This document shows, piece after piece, positions 30,639 through 41,327 of a stretch of DNA of 64,000 nt. The notes under the pieces are model-generated. The model ran no database searches. It saw nothing but the letters and a program-made list of their open reading frames with translations, and was not told the origin of the DNA. The position numbers were made by a program, and so were the translations under genes. How positions within the stretch are numbered: the first letter of the stretch is position 1; the number at the start of each line of letters is the position of its first letter. This DNA comes from Candidatus Heimdallarchaeota archaeon (GTDB lineage Archaea > Asgardarchaeota > Heimdallarchaeia > Heimdallarchaeales > Heimdallarchaeaceae): NCBI GenBank assembly GCA_019057815.1, contig JAHLWR010000001.1, positions 1 through 64,000 of the forward strand, in the 5' to 3' direction.

Positions 30639-31601
30639 ATGCTGTTAAAAACAATTTTTTATAGATTAAATTTAAGAGGTTTAATTTTGAACATTGACAG
30701 TAGAAGGCATAAAGTTGAGTATATGTGTAATAAATGCGGGAAATTAAGAGTTATGTTTGCTCTTTATGATTTGAAAACAGAAGATTTAGATTCAAAAGGT
30801 TATGTTGAAATCACAGACATTCATAACTGCGTCGGATCTAAACTCACGCCTATTACACTATATGTTGACGCTTCTTATTCTGTAAGATCTCAGTTTCCTA
30901 TTGAAGTTGAAGAAACTAAAACAACTGAGCCTCTACTAGGATTAGACATCCCCTTACCAAAAAAAGTAAAGATAGGTAATCGAGAAATCGAGAAAATAAA
31001 AGGTTTTAGAGGAAAAAGTATCCGAAGTATTAAAATAAATGATAAACTTCGGCAAACCAACTTCTTTTTAGATGTATCTAACAAAGGATATGAACTATCT
31101 TCGACTTCTAAAATGAGTCTTATTACAGTATCAATGAGGATTAAAAAAAATATAGCAGAAAAAAACGCAAAGAAATGGCTTGAAATAATAGCTTCAACAA
31201 TAGAAACGAGGATTATGTTAGATGAAACGATGCTATCTCACCTTCTTGTTTATTTAGAAGGTAAAATAAAGGAAAAACCAGAAGAAAATGAGAAAATCGA
31301 AGTTGAGTTGTTACTCTCAAATTCACATATAATTTCAAATGAAAGTTTACTGACAAATTTTAAAGAAAACAGGTCAAAAACATTTCCTGATTGGACAAAA
31401 GCAGAGTATTCTTATGCTACCAAAATAATTCAAAACTGTTGTACATCAAAACATAACACCCTTTGGGAAGTCTACGAAACGGTGAAAGATAAACAAACTT
31501 TCGCAGAATTCCTTAGCTTAGTTAGAGAATTAAGAAAACAAGAAGTTATTGAGGTTGAAAAAATGGAATTCTTCACGTTATCAGATCCTCAAACAAAATA
31601 G
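30639..31601 (+). CDS. Hypothetical protein with N-terminal CxxC...HxC Zn motif and possible C-terminal winged helix
   Basis: CNKC and HNC motifs; 320-aa ORF; true start may be downstream. Confidence 0.6.
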   Translation: MLLKTIFYRLNLRGLILNIDSRRHKVEYMCNKCGKLRVMFALYDLKTEDLDSKGYVEITDIHNCVGSKLTPITLYVDASYSVRSQFPIEVEETKTTEPLLGLDIPLPKKVKIGNREIEKIKGFRGKSIRSIKINDKLRQTNFFLDVSNKGYELSSTSKMSLITVSMRIKKNIAEKNAKKWLEIIASTIETRIMLDETMLSHLLVYLEGKIKEKPEENEKIEVELLLSNSHIISNESLLTNFKENRSKTFPDWTKAEYSYATKIIQNCCTSKHNTLWEVYETVKDKQTFAEFLSLVRELRKQEVIEVEKMEFFTLSDPQTK

Positions 31602-31901
31602 AAAAATTATCTTTTTTCTGTTCTTATTTGTTCTAGCGAAATAAATTAATAAATTATAGAAAATACTATTTCATGCCATGCTACACCAGATGAATCAGCA
31701 TATTGGAAAAAAAGCGTAATATATTAAAAAAGATAGGGTATAGAGATAACAAGAATATCGCATTTTTTCGTTTAATAAAGCCCAAAGTAAGGGTCTCTTT
31801 TCCTTCAACGATATCTTATTAATATGGAAGCATGTAGTTTACATTTAGGTTCAAATTATGTCACCATCACAGGTTTCTTACCTTTTAATTCTGCCTTCTT
31901 C

Positions 31902-31983
31902 CTTTTTTCTCGCTTCAACCCCCTCACTCTTTATCTCTTTATTACATATCTCACTCTCTTCTCTCACTATTTCTTCTTCAGTT
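31902..31983 (+). repeat. Pyrimidine-rich intergenic repeat, related to 40397-40447
   Basis: 24-bp identity (cttttttctcgcttcaaccccctc) plus a shared tttcttcttcagtt. Confidence 0.85.
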
Positions 31984-32036
31984 TTTTATTTTTAGATTGA
32001 ATAATAACTGTTAAATAGAATTTTTCTTGATATTGA

Positions 32037-32999
32037 GTGATTCAGATGAATTCTGCTCAAGAAGAAATTCAAAAATATCTCTCTACATTCAATAGTTATA
32101 GACTTGAAGCAGAGGAAATAATGATTCAGATTAATAGAAGTAAAGTTATTAAAAGAAGAGCACCAAGTGTTGTTTCACATTTCTTTGATGTTTCTAAAAG
32201 CGCAGTAAAAGACACTATGGATTTATTTTCAACAAAAACTGAAGATCCTTTTAAAAATTGGATATCTTCTTTTAATAGAGAAATTAAGGATTTAGATGAG
32301 TTCCTTTCGCTGTGTGTGATTTTAGATCAAGATTATTCTATCTCTAGAAGGAAACCAAAAACTTACATTTCAAAAGTTCATTCTGTTGAAACTCCAGAAT
32401 ATAAGGTTAAACATGTTCTTGATGGATTAGGAAAACTCCAACTACTTGGAAACAATATTAAGCTTAAGGAAGAGATTTCTTCCCGAGAAATTAAAAAAGT
32501 AAAAGGAAAGAAAACAGAAAAAATAACTCCCGTTAAAGTAGCTAAACAATTGTGGGAAAAAGTCCTAGATAATGATATAGATTTTGCTCTTTCGATAGAC
32601 GAATGTGAATACTTTGAGCGTAAGAGAGAAATGATTCAAACCAAAAAAACAGAAGAGCTCCTTGTCGCAATAACTAATACTTATGGAGGTATTGTAGTAT
32701 ATGGAATTACTGACGAAAAAGTTCCTTTGTTATTAGATAACAATCAAAGAGATGATATACAAAATCAGATAACTAATATTTGTAGAAATAATATTAGACC
32801 TCAAATAACTGCGGAATTCAAGTCTATAATCTTGCATAAAGACAAAGGTTACCTCTTTATATACGTTCCAAAAGATAAAGAAATTCTACACACAACAAAT
32901 AATGATATTTATTTCAAAAGAGTTGGTAGTAATAATGTTCGTATGTCTCCTGATGAGGTAAGAGCTTTTTATGACAAGAAAAGTTTAAAGAACAACTGA
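32037..32999 (+). CDS. Protein with C-terminal Schlafen AlbA_2 domain
   Basis: E.FE.K, VAITNTYGGIVVYGITDE and YFKRVGSNN..M...EV motifs. Confidence 0.82.
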   Translation: MIQMNSAQEEIQKYLSTFNSYRLEAEEIMIQINRSKVIKRRAPSVVSHFFDVSKSAVKDTMDLFSTKTEDPFKNWISSFNREIKDLDEFLSLCVILDQDYSISRRKPKTYISKVHSVETPEYKVKHVLDGLGKLQLLGNNIKLKEEISSREIKKVKGKKTEKITPVKVAKQLWEKVLDNDIDFALSIDECEYFERKREMIQTKKTEELLVAITNTYGGIVVYGITDEKVPLLLDNNQRDDIQNQITNICRNNIRPQITAEFKSIILHKDKGYLFIYVPKDKEILHTTNNDIYFKRVGSNNVRMSPDEVRAFYDKKSLKNN

Positions 33000-33052
33000 C
33001 AACATGGAATTTATTAAGTAAGATTTCTATTTAATATTGTCAAATGTACTCA

Positions 33053-33078
33053 TCATCTAGTGATTTATTATATCAAGA
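33053..33078 (+). repeat. Short repeat related to 40447-40482
   Basis: tcatctagtgatttatta...tatcaaga present at both loci. Confidence 0.8.
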
Positions 33079-33121
33079 AAAGAAAATTAAAGATATTTGG
33101 AGGGAGATTCAAAAAAACAAT

Positions 33122-33397
33122 CTAGACTATGTATCTATGGTAGATGAATCTGAGGCTTTTGATAGAAAAAGACAGTTTCATCCCAGGAACAGTTGTTTTC
33201 ACGATGAGATTAAAGTCTAGACTGACTGTAGTTAAACCTTCGATATTCAAATCTTCAAGTTCGAATGGAATTGTGTAGCTTTCTGCTCTTATTCCAGAAC
33301 TTAAAAGGAAAAAACCTAAAGCTAATGCAACGAATAGAAAGCAAGCTCTTCTCTTATTGGATAATGTATTCTTTTTCATAAAATTATTCCCAAACAC
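33122..33397 (-). CDS. Short ORF with signal-peptide-like N-terminus, possibly a truncated secreted protein gene
   Basis: Basic N-region, hydrophobic core and IRA-E cleavage-like site; ends after ~55 mature residues. Confidence 0.4.
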   Translation of the reverse strand: MFGNNFMKKNTLSNKRRACFLFVALALGFFLLSSGIRAESYTIPFELEDLNIEGLTTVSLDFNLIVKTTVPGMKLSFSIKSLRFIYHRYIV

Positions 33398-33547
33398 TTT
33401 GCATTCTTTTTTAGGTTTTATTTTTGAAGCCTAATAGTTTTGTTAATCTATTATATATTTCAAACTTTTCCTTAACTAGTTCTAAATATGCATTATTGTA
33501 TTGTTAATTAACAAAGCAGTGGGCAAAGTTTATATATCTTTAATTTA

Positions 33548-34099
33548 ATGTTTAAGAGAATAGTAGATACTATTCAGGATGATATTATGGTTCAAAAAAA
33601 GTTCAAACAGCTAAAATCAGTTGGATTGTTACTATTGATTGTTTTGAGTGCTTTTTCGATTATTTTCTTCATTAATCATGCTCAAGCAGCTAGCATACCA
33701 ATGCACATTATTTGGAATAGAATCATTGTCACAGAATCTTATGATTCTGGTAGAGGAGAGTTTAGGATTCAAATTAAATATAATGATGGTCAAAACATGC
33801 GAGCACAAAAATCTTCCACACACAGATGTTATGCCGGAGACTACAATCCTCAAATAACTTTCACTTTAGATGAAGAAGTATTATTGGGTACATTAATCTA
33901 TCTTAGATTGATCGAAGATGATGTCTTTCAGGACGATCAAATAATAAGACCGTATGACGAAAATTCTGGTAGTGGCATAAATAATGGCAACTGGTATTCC
34001 TATTTCTACGTAGGTACTACTTTTGAAGATTATATTTTTGAAATCTATAATTCCCGTGGAGATAGAATTTGGGTAAGATTTATAAACCTTGAAGCTTAA
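33548..34099 (+). CDS. Small secreted beta-rich protein
   Basis: Signal peptide ending AQA; directly upstream of the ABC exporter genes. Confidence 0.7.
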   Translation: MFKRIVDTIQDDIMVQKKFKQLKSVGLLLLIVLSAFSIIFFINHAQAASIPMHIIWNRIIVTESYDSGRGEFRIQIKYNDGQNMRAQKSSTHRCYAGDYNPQITFTLDEEVLLGTLIYLRLIEDDVFQDDQIIRPYDENSGSGINNGNWYSYFYVGTTFEDYIFEIYNSRGDRIWVRFINLEA

Positions 34100-34202
34100 T
34101 CAAACTAAAAATTTCAAGTTTTTTTATTTTTTTAATTTCTTTTAAAAAGAAAAAAAACTATTTAATCTATTGTATGAGAAAAGGATAAAAAAAGGTGTAT
34201 AA

Positions 34203-36923
34203 ATGAGTTTATTTCGATTGTTTTTTCTTTTGTATCGCAGATTTTTCAAACTCATATTACCATCAACAATCATAACTTTTATCATTCTTGTTTTAATGGG
34301 AAGCACAACAATAGCAATTACTATCACTTTTAATGCCAATTTTAGAGATGAATTAAATAATTTGTCTGTGAGTTTAAGTACCTCACTCCCTCAGAATAGC
34401 ATGCCGGATATTTCATTAGAGGGGCTATTTGATATTTTATCCTCAATTTCAGCTAATGATGATTCTTTAGGATATGGATTTGTTATTAGTTTTCAATTCA
34501 CGAGTCAGAATGAAACTATGAATATTCCATTCATTGGTTTAAGTGATGATTTGATCGAATTTCTTGGTTTTAATGACCAAGAAATTATTGGTTCTACAGG
34601 ATTTACAAATAAGTCTGTAAACTTGTTTGAACCTTTTCCCACTGATTCAAAAAGCTATAATATAAATATTACCAAAATCGAAGATTTAAGTACTAACAAT
34701 CTTTTTGAATATACTCAATTTATTATAGAAACCAATAATCTTCTTTCACTTAATTATACTACTAAAAGGTTCTCACATTTTCTTTTAGGCAATCTGACAG
34801 TAGTATCTGATTTAGTAAATCATTTTGATATTGATTCTCGTGAATTAGGTGCTTTTTTTCTAGAATTATTAGATAGTGGAGTATATTTAAACCGATTAAA
34901 AATTGATGAGATGGAAAATGAGATTTTTCGAAGAGAGAAAATTATTTTTCAAAGTTTAGTGGAAAAAGGATTCAACCCTGAGTTTATAATTTTCGATTCT
35001 CCTCTTAGAGTTGCTATAAACAACCTTGAAAGGAAAATGAATAAAGAGATAAGTTTAATCCAACTACTAAGCATTCCTAATCTTGTTATTGTTCTAATTC
35101 TTCTATTTACACTTGAAGTCGGAGCTTCAAAATTTATGAAAGCTGAAAGAAAAACACTTAAATCTAGGGGAATTTCTGATAAAAAAATTGTTTTTCTGTT
35201 CTTTGCCCATGAATTAATTTCAGATTTAATTGTTGTTTTTATTTCACAAGCTATTTTTTCATCCATTATATATTTACTAGGTTTACCAAAATCACTTATA
35301 TTTTCATTATTTCAGACATATGTCCTTGTTTATTTTCTGCTAACATTATTCAAATTACTTAGTTTTGCTGATATTAGTAAAGAAGATTCAAGCAAAAAAA
35401 CCAAGAAAAGAGGAAAAAAGCATTTAAGGGGAAGAAAAAAATTTTTTACAAGAAAATACTGGATCTCAGCTTCAATAATCTTCATATTTACAATAGAACT
35501 ATTCATTATTTTTGAACCTCTATTCTGGTTTCCCATTATTAGGGGAGTCATTAAAATAATTATTGATATATTGGCAGTTGCTATAGTTTCATATCTCCTA
35601 CTAACATCTATAATTTCAAATAGTGAATATGAGAAAAAAGAATTACTAAATCTTAAAAACTTACTCTTTCGTTTATATTCAAAAGGTTTAAAGAAAATTA
35701 GAATGCAATGTATTGTTACTCTCAGCCTATATACATTACTTTTTTATTTAGTAGTATTTCAAACAGCTAACCAAACTTTCAGTAATATATACAAGGATAA
35801 AGGTATGATTTGTGATTTTTATCTAGATAATAATGATCAAAGTGGGTTTAACTTTAATGAAGTAAAAAATTTAACAAAATTAATTCCTAAAATTAAGGAA
35901 ATTTGCACACTACAAGGTGGTGCAGGATATGTATTAGGAGAAGAAGAAATTATTCCTACTCAGTTATGGGCAATAAATTCATCCTTCTACTCATCAAATG
36001 ATCTAGGGTGGGAACATTTTATTGGATTTAAATCTAGCGGTTTAAGAAACACTAATTTAGAGGATCTTAGAAGTAAAAAAATTATTATTAATCAACGATT
36101 AGCAGAAAAATCTGGTTTAAGGGTTGGCGATGTTACTTCTCTTGATATAAATTTCCGTACCATATCCGAAGTTGAACTTTTACCACCTATTAGAAATTTA
36201 ACTGTTTTTGGTATTGTAGACACTTTACCTCTTCTCAGAACATTCAGTTCTACAATTCACAATTATGTTTTTATTGATATTTCATTACTTCTTGAAATAT
36301 ACTCTGAGATAGGAGTTGATGCGAAAATATCATCATTTGGAGTAAATTTAGTATTAGATGAGAATAATTCTCAAACTGACAAAAAAGCAGAAATAGATAA
36401 CGTTATAGAATCAATTCTTGGTGAACTAGAGCTGTTGAGAATAAATGTAGGTATTATAACATCTTTTTATGAACTTGCTGAAAATCAAGCAGGAACCTAT
36501 TTTACTGTTTTTGATATAATTTTTGCAGTTATTTTTCTTCCTTTGACTACTGTTATTTTCAGTCGAGCAACAATTAAAACTCTTGCTCCGTCTTTAATCC
36601 AATTGGGAACTCGAGGATATCCAGATAGGAAATTAAGAAAGAGCTATATTACTAAAGTTTATAGTTCCCTAGTGTTTAGTTCACTGATGGGACTTGTTTT
36701 AGGGTTAATAATAGGGCTAATATATGTTCGATCTTTTTTTCCGAGTCTTTTATCAGCTAATAATATTCATTTTTATAGCCAAATATCGTTATTTCTGCTT
36801 ACTATTTTTGTCGGAGGAATAGTATCTTTATTTACTATAATTCCATTTTCTGTGAAACAAATAAAAACTATTGTTAAAAACAAAGAAAGGAAGTTATTTA
36901 AGAATGAAACACATCATAGTTGA
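34203..36923 (+). CDS. FtsX/MacB-like ABC transporter permease
   Basis: Duplicated TM architecture; LKSRG.S and TRG.P motifs; overlaps the ATPase gene. Confidence 0.8.
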   Translation: MSLFRLFFLLYRRFFKLILPSTIITFIILVLMGSTTIAITITFNANFRDELNNLSVSLSTSLPQNSMPDISLEGLFDILSSISANDDSLGYGFVISFQFTSQNETMNIPFIGLSDDLIEFLGFNDQEIIGSTGFTNKSVNLFEPFPTDSKSYNINITKIEDLSTNNLFEYTQFIIETNNLLSLNYTTKRFSHFLLGNLTVVSDLVNHFDIDSRELGAFFLELLDSGVYLNRLKIDEMENEIFRREKIIFQSLVEKGFNPEFIIFDSPLRVAINNLERKMNKEISLIQLLSIPNLVIVLILLFTLEVGASKFMKAERKTLKSRGISDKKIVFLFFAHELISDLIVVFISQAIFSSIIYLLGLPKSLIFSLFQTYVLVYFLLTLFKLLSFADISKEDSSKKTKKRGKKHLRGRKKFFTRKYWISASIIFIFTIELFIIFEPLFWFPIIRGVIKIIIDILAVAIVSYLLLTSIISNSEYEKKELLNLKNLLFRLYSKGLKKIRMQCIVTLSLYTLLFYLVVFQTANQTFSNIYKDKGMICDFYLDNNDQSGFNFNEVKNLTKLIPKIKEICTLQGGAGYVLGEEEIIPTQLWAINSSFYSSNDLGWEHFIGFKSSGLRNTNLEDLRSKKIIINQRLAEKSGLRVGDVTSLDINFRTISEVELLPPIRNLTVFGIVDTLPLLRTFSSTIHNYVFIDISLLLEIYSEIGVDAKISSFGVNLVLDENNSQTDKKAEIDNVIESILGELELLRINVGIITSFYELAENQAGTYFTVFDIIFAVIFLPLTTVIFSRATIKTLAPSLIQLGTRGYPDRKLRKSYITKVYSSLVFSSLMGLVLGLIIGLIYVRSFFPSLLSANNIHFYSQISLFLLTIFVGGIVSLFTIIPFSVKQIKTIVKNKERKLFKNETHHS

Positions 36924-37569
36924 ATCATTATATAAAATATATAGTGGCATTGTGGAAACTGTAGCTTTAGAAAATATTAATGAAAAGTTTGAAAAAGGAG
37001 AAGTAGTTGCTATTGCAGGCCCTAGTGGGAGTGGAAAGACAAGTTTACTCACTTGCCTTGGGGGTGTTTTACGACCTACTAGTGGTAAAATACTAGTTAA
37101 TGGTGAGGATATTACTAAACTATCCGATGATGAATTAGTAACTTATAGACGCGATAAAGTTGGTTTAATCTATCAAGATTTTAATCTGATCAATCAATTT
37201 ACTATATATGAAAATGTTGCTCTTCCTTTACTTATCGCAAACAAGAAATCAGCATTTATCAAAGAGCGAGTAGATTTATTACTGGAGAGTTTAGATATTA
37301 CTCGATATAAGAAAACATATCCACCCTACCTTTCAGGAGGAGAACAACAACGTGTTGCTATTGCTGTAGCTTTAGCAAATGATCCTCAAATTATTCTCGC
37401 TGACGAACCTACTGGTAATTTGGATCTAGAATCTAGAGAAAGAATTCTTAATCTACTTATTAATAAAACTCGTGAACACCAAAAAACACTCATTATTGCA
37501 ACACATGACCCATTTATTTTAAAAAAAGTCAATCGTATTGTGCAACTTGCTAAAGCTAATGGTGAGTAA
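36904..37569 (+). CDS. ABC transporter ATP-binding protein (LolD/MacB-like)
   Basis: GPSGSGKT, LSGGEQQRVAIA, LADEPTGNLD and ATHD motifs; start placed at ATG 36904. Confidence 0.95.
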   Translation: MKHIIVESLYKIYSGIVETVALENINEKFEKGEVVAIAGPSGSGKTSLLTCLGGVLRPTSGKILVNGEDITKLSDDELVTYRRDKVGLIYQDFNLINQFTIYENVALPLLIANKKSAFIKERVDLLLESLDITRYKKTYPPYLSGGEQQRVAIAVALANDPQIILADEPTGNLDLESRERILNLLINKTREHQKTLIIATHDPFILKKVNRIVQLAKANGE

Positions 37570-39909
37570 ATGGTAAAAATTGTTTTTCTTTTTTTCAAAA
37601 GAAACCCCAAATTATTTTTGAAAGTTGGTAGCTTATCTTTTTTTTTATTTTTACTCATAAGCTTTTATGCAGTTGGATATGCTAGTTTTGAAAAAATCTC
37701 CGTAAACACAAAAATTGGTGACATAGAGAATGATTTAGAAATTCAAGGTCAGATAACAGATAGCTATACTATAGACAACATCTCTTTGATATACTCTTAC
37801 AATATCAAGTGGATTGATTCCCTGAAAGATTGGAAACAGTATGTTATTTCTGACGGACTAGTTCTTATTATCAAAACATCTTTTAATGAAGACTCATTTA
37901 TAATTGGTTTAGATTTGTCTTCAAATAGTAAAAATACAAAAAGGAGGGATTTAACAAATGAAACTATTGAATTCTTTAATAATCAATTGGATATCTCTAA
38001 CTTTACAAAACAAGATTCATTACCTTTTAATCTGGATATCTTAATAAACTACAATCAATTGAATAATTCACATTTTTCAGAGTTAAATATTGATTCCAAT
38101 AATTGTAATATGGGTTATTTTGTAGATATAAGTACGAAATTAATTTCCTCTTTTAAAATGTATACAAAAATACTGAACAAAATAGAAAGTAATTTTATAG
38201 TTTTTGTTTCTCAAAATGACATTATTTCATTAAATAGATTAGAATCCTATAAGATTGAAATTGAGATAGATCTCTTTAAAGAGTCGTTTCAATCTCTAAT
38301 ACTGTTAATTACTTTTATCTCAATTTTAATATCAACATGGTTAATTGAGTTTTTTTCCAGCTTTTATTATTACCAAATTAAAGAAGCACTAGATAAATTT
38401 CAAAAAAGGGGATTGAATGACAAAAAGCAGAACAAAATAACAAAATTTCTTCCAATAGCTACTGATACAATTAGTTTTATCATATTAGAGATTTTATACT
38501 TGCTTATAAGTATTGTTTTTCATATTAATCTTATTTATGCCTACATATCAGTAGTAATGGGATATTTCTACTTGTTATATAAAAGAATTAAATTAAGTAA
38601 TTTAAATGATGAAAATTCAATAAAAATGGGTATTGTTTCATTTGTGAAATATGTTATTATTCTGTTAATTTTCTCTATTATTCTTATTCTTACAAATAAT
38701 ACTCTTTATGCACTTATTCCTCCTTTGGTTTCTTCATTTTTCTCCACAGGATCGATTATTATTCAGTATTATGTAATAACGATTTTACTTTCTGAATTCT
38801 CTCTTAAACTTAAAAAAAAGGTCAATATCAATAAGTTAACAAATAATATGTTTAAACTAATTGAAAAATCTATAATTTCAGGAAAGCAAAATTTAAAATC
38901 ATGGATTCATATAACAATTCTTGTTATATGGTCTATGTCTATCATTTTTACAAGTATTAACACCTTCACAGCTAATTATAACTTGAATCAAACGATTGAG
39001 TATCCAACAGACATAATTATAGAGGTCGAAGGTGTTTATCTTGCCAATATTTCAAAAATTGAGATACTACCAGAGGTTGAAAATATATTACCCATTTCAC
39101 ATAGCGTTGAACAATATTTTTTTAACTATGATTACTATTTAATGGATTTTTCAAAAGTAAAAATAATGTTTCCAGAATTCGTTAAGCTGTCAAAATTGAA
39201 CGATATCCAAGAAGAATACACTTATATCCACAAGACAATGGCTGAAGAATTAAATTTGAATAATAATGACCTCTTCCCAACAAAATTTGGTAAAAATCAA
39301 ACAAATATTATAGTTAATCAGCCAATTTTTGTAACAAAATATTTTCCATTAATAAAAACAATAGAAGAAAGACCTTTTGTCGTATCAAATTATCGTGCAG
39401 AGTACGAGAATCTGACTATGATAACGAAAATTATGATAAATTTTAATAATTCTTTTGATGAAGAACAAAGCCTTGAAAAAATTAAAAATATTCTTAAAAC
39501 AAATTTCCAAATACAAAAGAAAAATGTTTCTCTAGATTATAATGTACCACTAAATATATGTAAATATTTCTTCTTTGTAATCTCTTTATTTATCTGTTCT
39601 TTGAGTTTTATTCAACTCATCTCACAGCTATCACCTATTTTCAGAAAAATGAATTTACGAGGGTTAAAAAAGAGACATATTTACACTTTACTGCTCAGAC
39701 AATTTAGCTCTTATATTATAACTGCCATTATTATTGGAGTAATTTCAGCTCTCTTCTTCATTTTTGTACAAATGCAAAAAACCATTTATCACATAACTCT
39801 GTTCACCCCGATAAAAATCTATTTTGATTTCTGCTTATTAATGTTAATTTTGGTACCATTATCATACTTTGTTATCCTATATATATTTAACATGTTAAGA
39901 AAGGATTAA
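37570..39909 (+). CDS. Second FtsX-like ABC permease (divergent)
   Basis: Multiple TM segments; KRGL and LRGL motifs; abuts the ATPase gene. Confidence 0.75.
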   Translation: MVKIVFLFFKRNPKLFLKVGSLSFFLFLLISFYAVGYASFEKISVNTKIGDIENDLEIQGQITDSYTIDNISLIYSYNIKWIDSLKDWKQYVISDGLVLIIKTSFNEDSFIIGLDLSSNSKNTKRRDLTNETIEFFNNQLDISNFTKQDSLPFNLDILINYNQLNNSHFSELNIDSNNCNMGYFVDISTKLISSFKMYTKILNKIESNFIVFVSQNDIISLNRLESYKIEIEIDLFKESFQSLILLITFISILISTWLIEFFSSFYYYQIKEALDKFQKRGLNDKKQNKITKFLPIATDTISFIILEILYLLISIVFHINLIYAYISVVMGYFYLLYKRIKLSNLNDENSIKMGIVSFVKYVIILLIFSIILILTNNTLYALIPPLVSSFFSTGSIIIQYYVITILLSEFSLKLKKKVNINKLTNNMFKLIEKSIISGKQNLKSWIHITILVIWSMSIIFTSINTFTANYNLNQTIEYPTDIIIEVEGVYLANISKIEILPEVENILPISHSVEQYFFNYDYYLMDFSKVKIMFPEFVKLSKLNDIQEEYTYIHKTMAEELNLNNNDLFPTKFGKNQTNIIVNQPIFVTKYFPLIKTIEERPFVVSNYRAEYENLTMITKIMINFNNSFDEEQSLEKIKNILKTNFQIQKKNVSLDYNVPLNICKYFFFVISLFICSLSFIQLISQLSPIFRKMNLRGLKKRHIYTLLLRQFSSYIITAIIIGVISALFFIFVQMQKTIYHITLFTPIKIYFDFCLLMLILVPLSYFVILYIFNMLRKD

Positions 39910-40396
39910 TATAAAACATTGCAAAGAGAGAGTTATTATTATTATTCAACTTTTCACATTTTATCTTTAGGGTGTATTATAGGCATAAAACGTTTACCTC
40001 CAATAACAGTGAATTTTATCACTACTTAATGAAAAGATAGAAAATATTCTCAAAAAATGGCTATTTTGCTAGTAAAACAGTGTTTGCTATTCGAGAAAAG
40101 ACACAACTTGTTATGTTGTACTAACTAGTCTAGCATTAAAAGAAATTGTTTACATTTATTAGAGACTGAATACTTGTATATGTTGATTTCTCAACTTAAT
40201 AATGGAAAAATGATGATTTTAATTTAATATTGACTTAATTCGATTTTTATAAGAAAGAAAACAAAGAAGGAATAGTTGCTATATAATCTATTTTTCGTCT
40301 TTTTTGAGAGAATAGTTTTATGAGTAGCAAAGGAACTACTACTATTAGTAGAGTAAATGTGAAATATAGATAAGTTTCATCAGTTCGGTATTCATT

Positions 40397-40482
40397 CTTT
40401 TTTCTCGCTTCAACCCCCTCTCTTTTCTCTCTTTTTCTTCTTCAGTTCATCTAGTGATTTATTAGATTTATTATATCAAGAG
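40397..40482 (+). repeat. Composite repeat joining the sequences found upstream and downstream of the AlbA_2 gene
   Basis: Matches 31902-31983, then immediately 33053-33078. Confidence 0.8.
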
Positions 40483-40562
40483 CTTTTTACAACTTTCTTG
40501 AATGCTAATACAGTTGAAATAACATTTATCAGTTTAAATATCCAAATCTTAATATCAAAATA

Positions 40563-40790
40563 ATGGATATTGATAATTTCTCTGATTTTCAATTAGGAAT
40601 AATACAAACAGAAACTGAAAAAGCTTATTTTGCTACTATTATTAGGCTAACAGAAGACCCCGTCTGGATTCCTAAGAGTGTTGTTGAACGTAAGACTATG
40701 AAACTCAAAAAGTGGTTTATCGATCAATTACAAAACGAACTTAAAACCAATAAACAAACAACTTTGGCTGATTATTTTTCTACAAAGTAA
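40563..40790 (+). CDS. Small hypothetical protein, mobile-element-like
   Basis: ETEKA...WIPKS pattern, which resembles small virus/plasmid proteins. Confidence 0.6.
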   Translation: MDIDNFSDFQLGIIQTETEKAYFATIIRLTEDPVWIPKSVVERKTMKLKKWFIDQLQNELKTNKQTTLADYFSTK

Positions 40791-40893
40791 TTTTGTAGGT
40801 TCATCCTCTAATCATCTGAAGATAAACTTGGTAAAAAGATGTGGTATTAACATATCGCATAATGCTATAAACTAGTATTTCTAATTATTATAC

Positions 40894-41172
40894 GTGAGCA
40901 ATTCAAGACTCAACTTTAAAAAGCCATGTGTTCAATGTAGAAATAAAACTATGACATTTTGTAAAACTTGCAGGAGATTCCTTTGTGGTAGATGTAAAAC
41001 AAAGAAACCAATTAGATTTCCTTTAAGTAAAATTCATTTTCCTTCTGGTGTATGTAAAGATTGTAAAGAACTCCTATTAATAAAATACTCATTAAATTTA
41101 GGACTTGATTTTACTTCTTTTCTTTTAAAACTACCTGAAAAAGTAGAAGAGTGGAAAAAGAGGTACCTTTAG
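40894..41172 (+). CDS. Small Cys-rich zinc-finger protein
   Basis: Four CxxC pairs (CVQC, CKTC, CGRC, CKDC). Confidence 0.6.
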   Translation: MSNSRLNFKKPCVQCRNKTMTFCKTCRRFLCGRCKTKKPIRFPLSKIHFPSGVCKDCKELLLIKYSLNLGLDFTSFLLKLPEKVEEWKKRYL

Positions 41173-41327
41173 ATCTCTCTTCTAACATGAAACACGTCTG
41201 TGAATACACTTTATTGTTGTTTATGCTAACCGTACGAGATCATTTTAATCTACGAAACAAACCAAAATAACAAAAAGAAGATATTTATTCTTCCGATTAT
41301 TCGAACAAAATATCAAGAAGTGGTATA

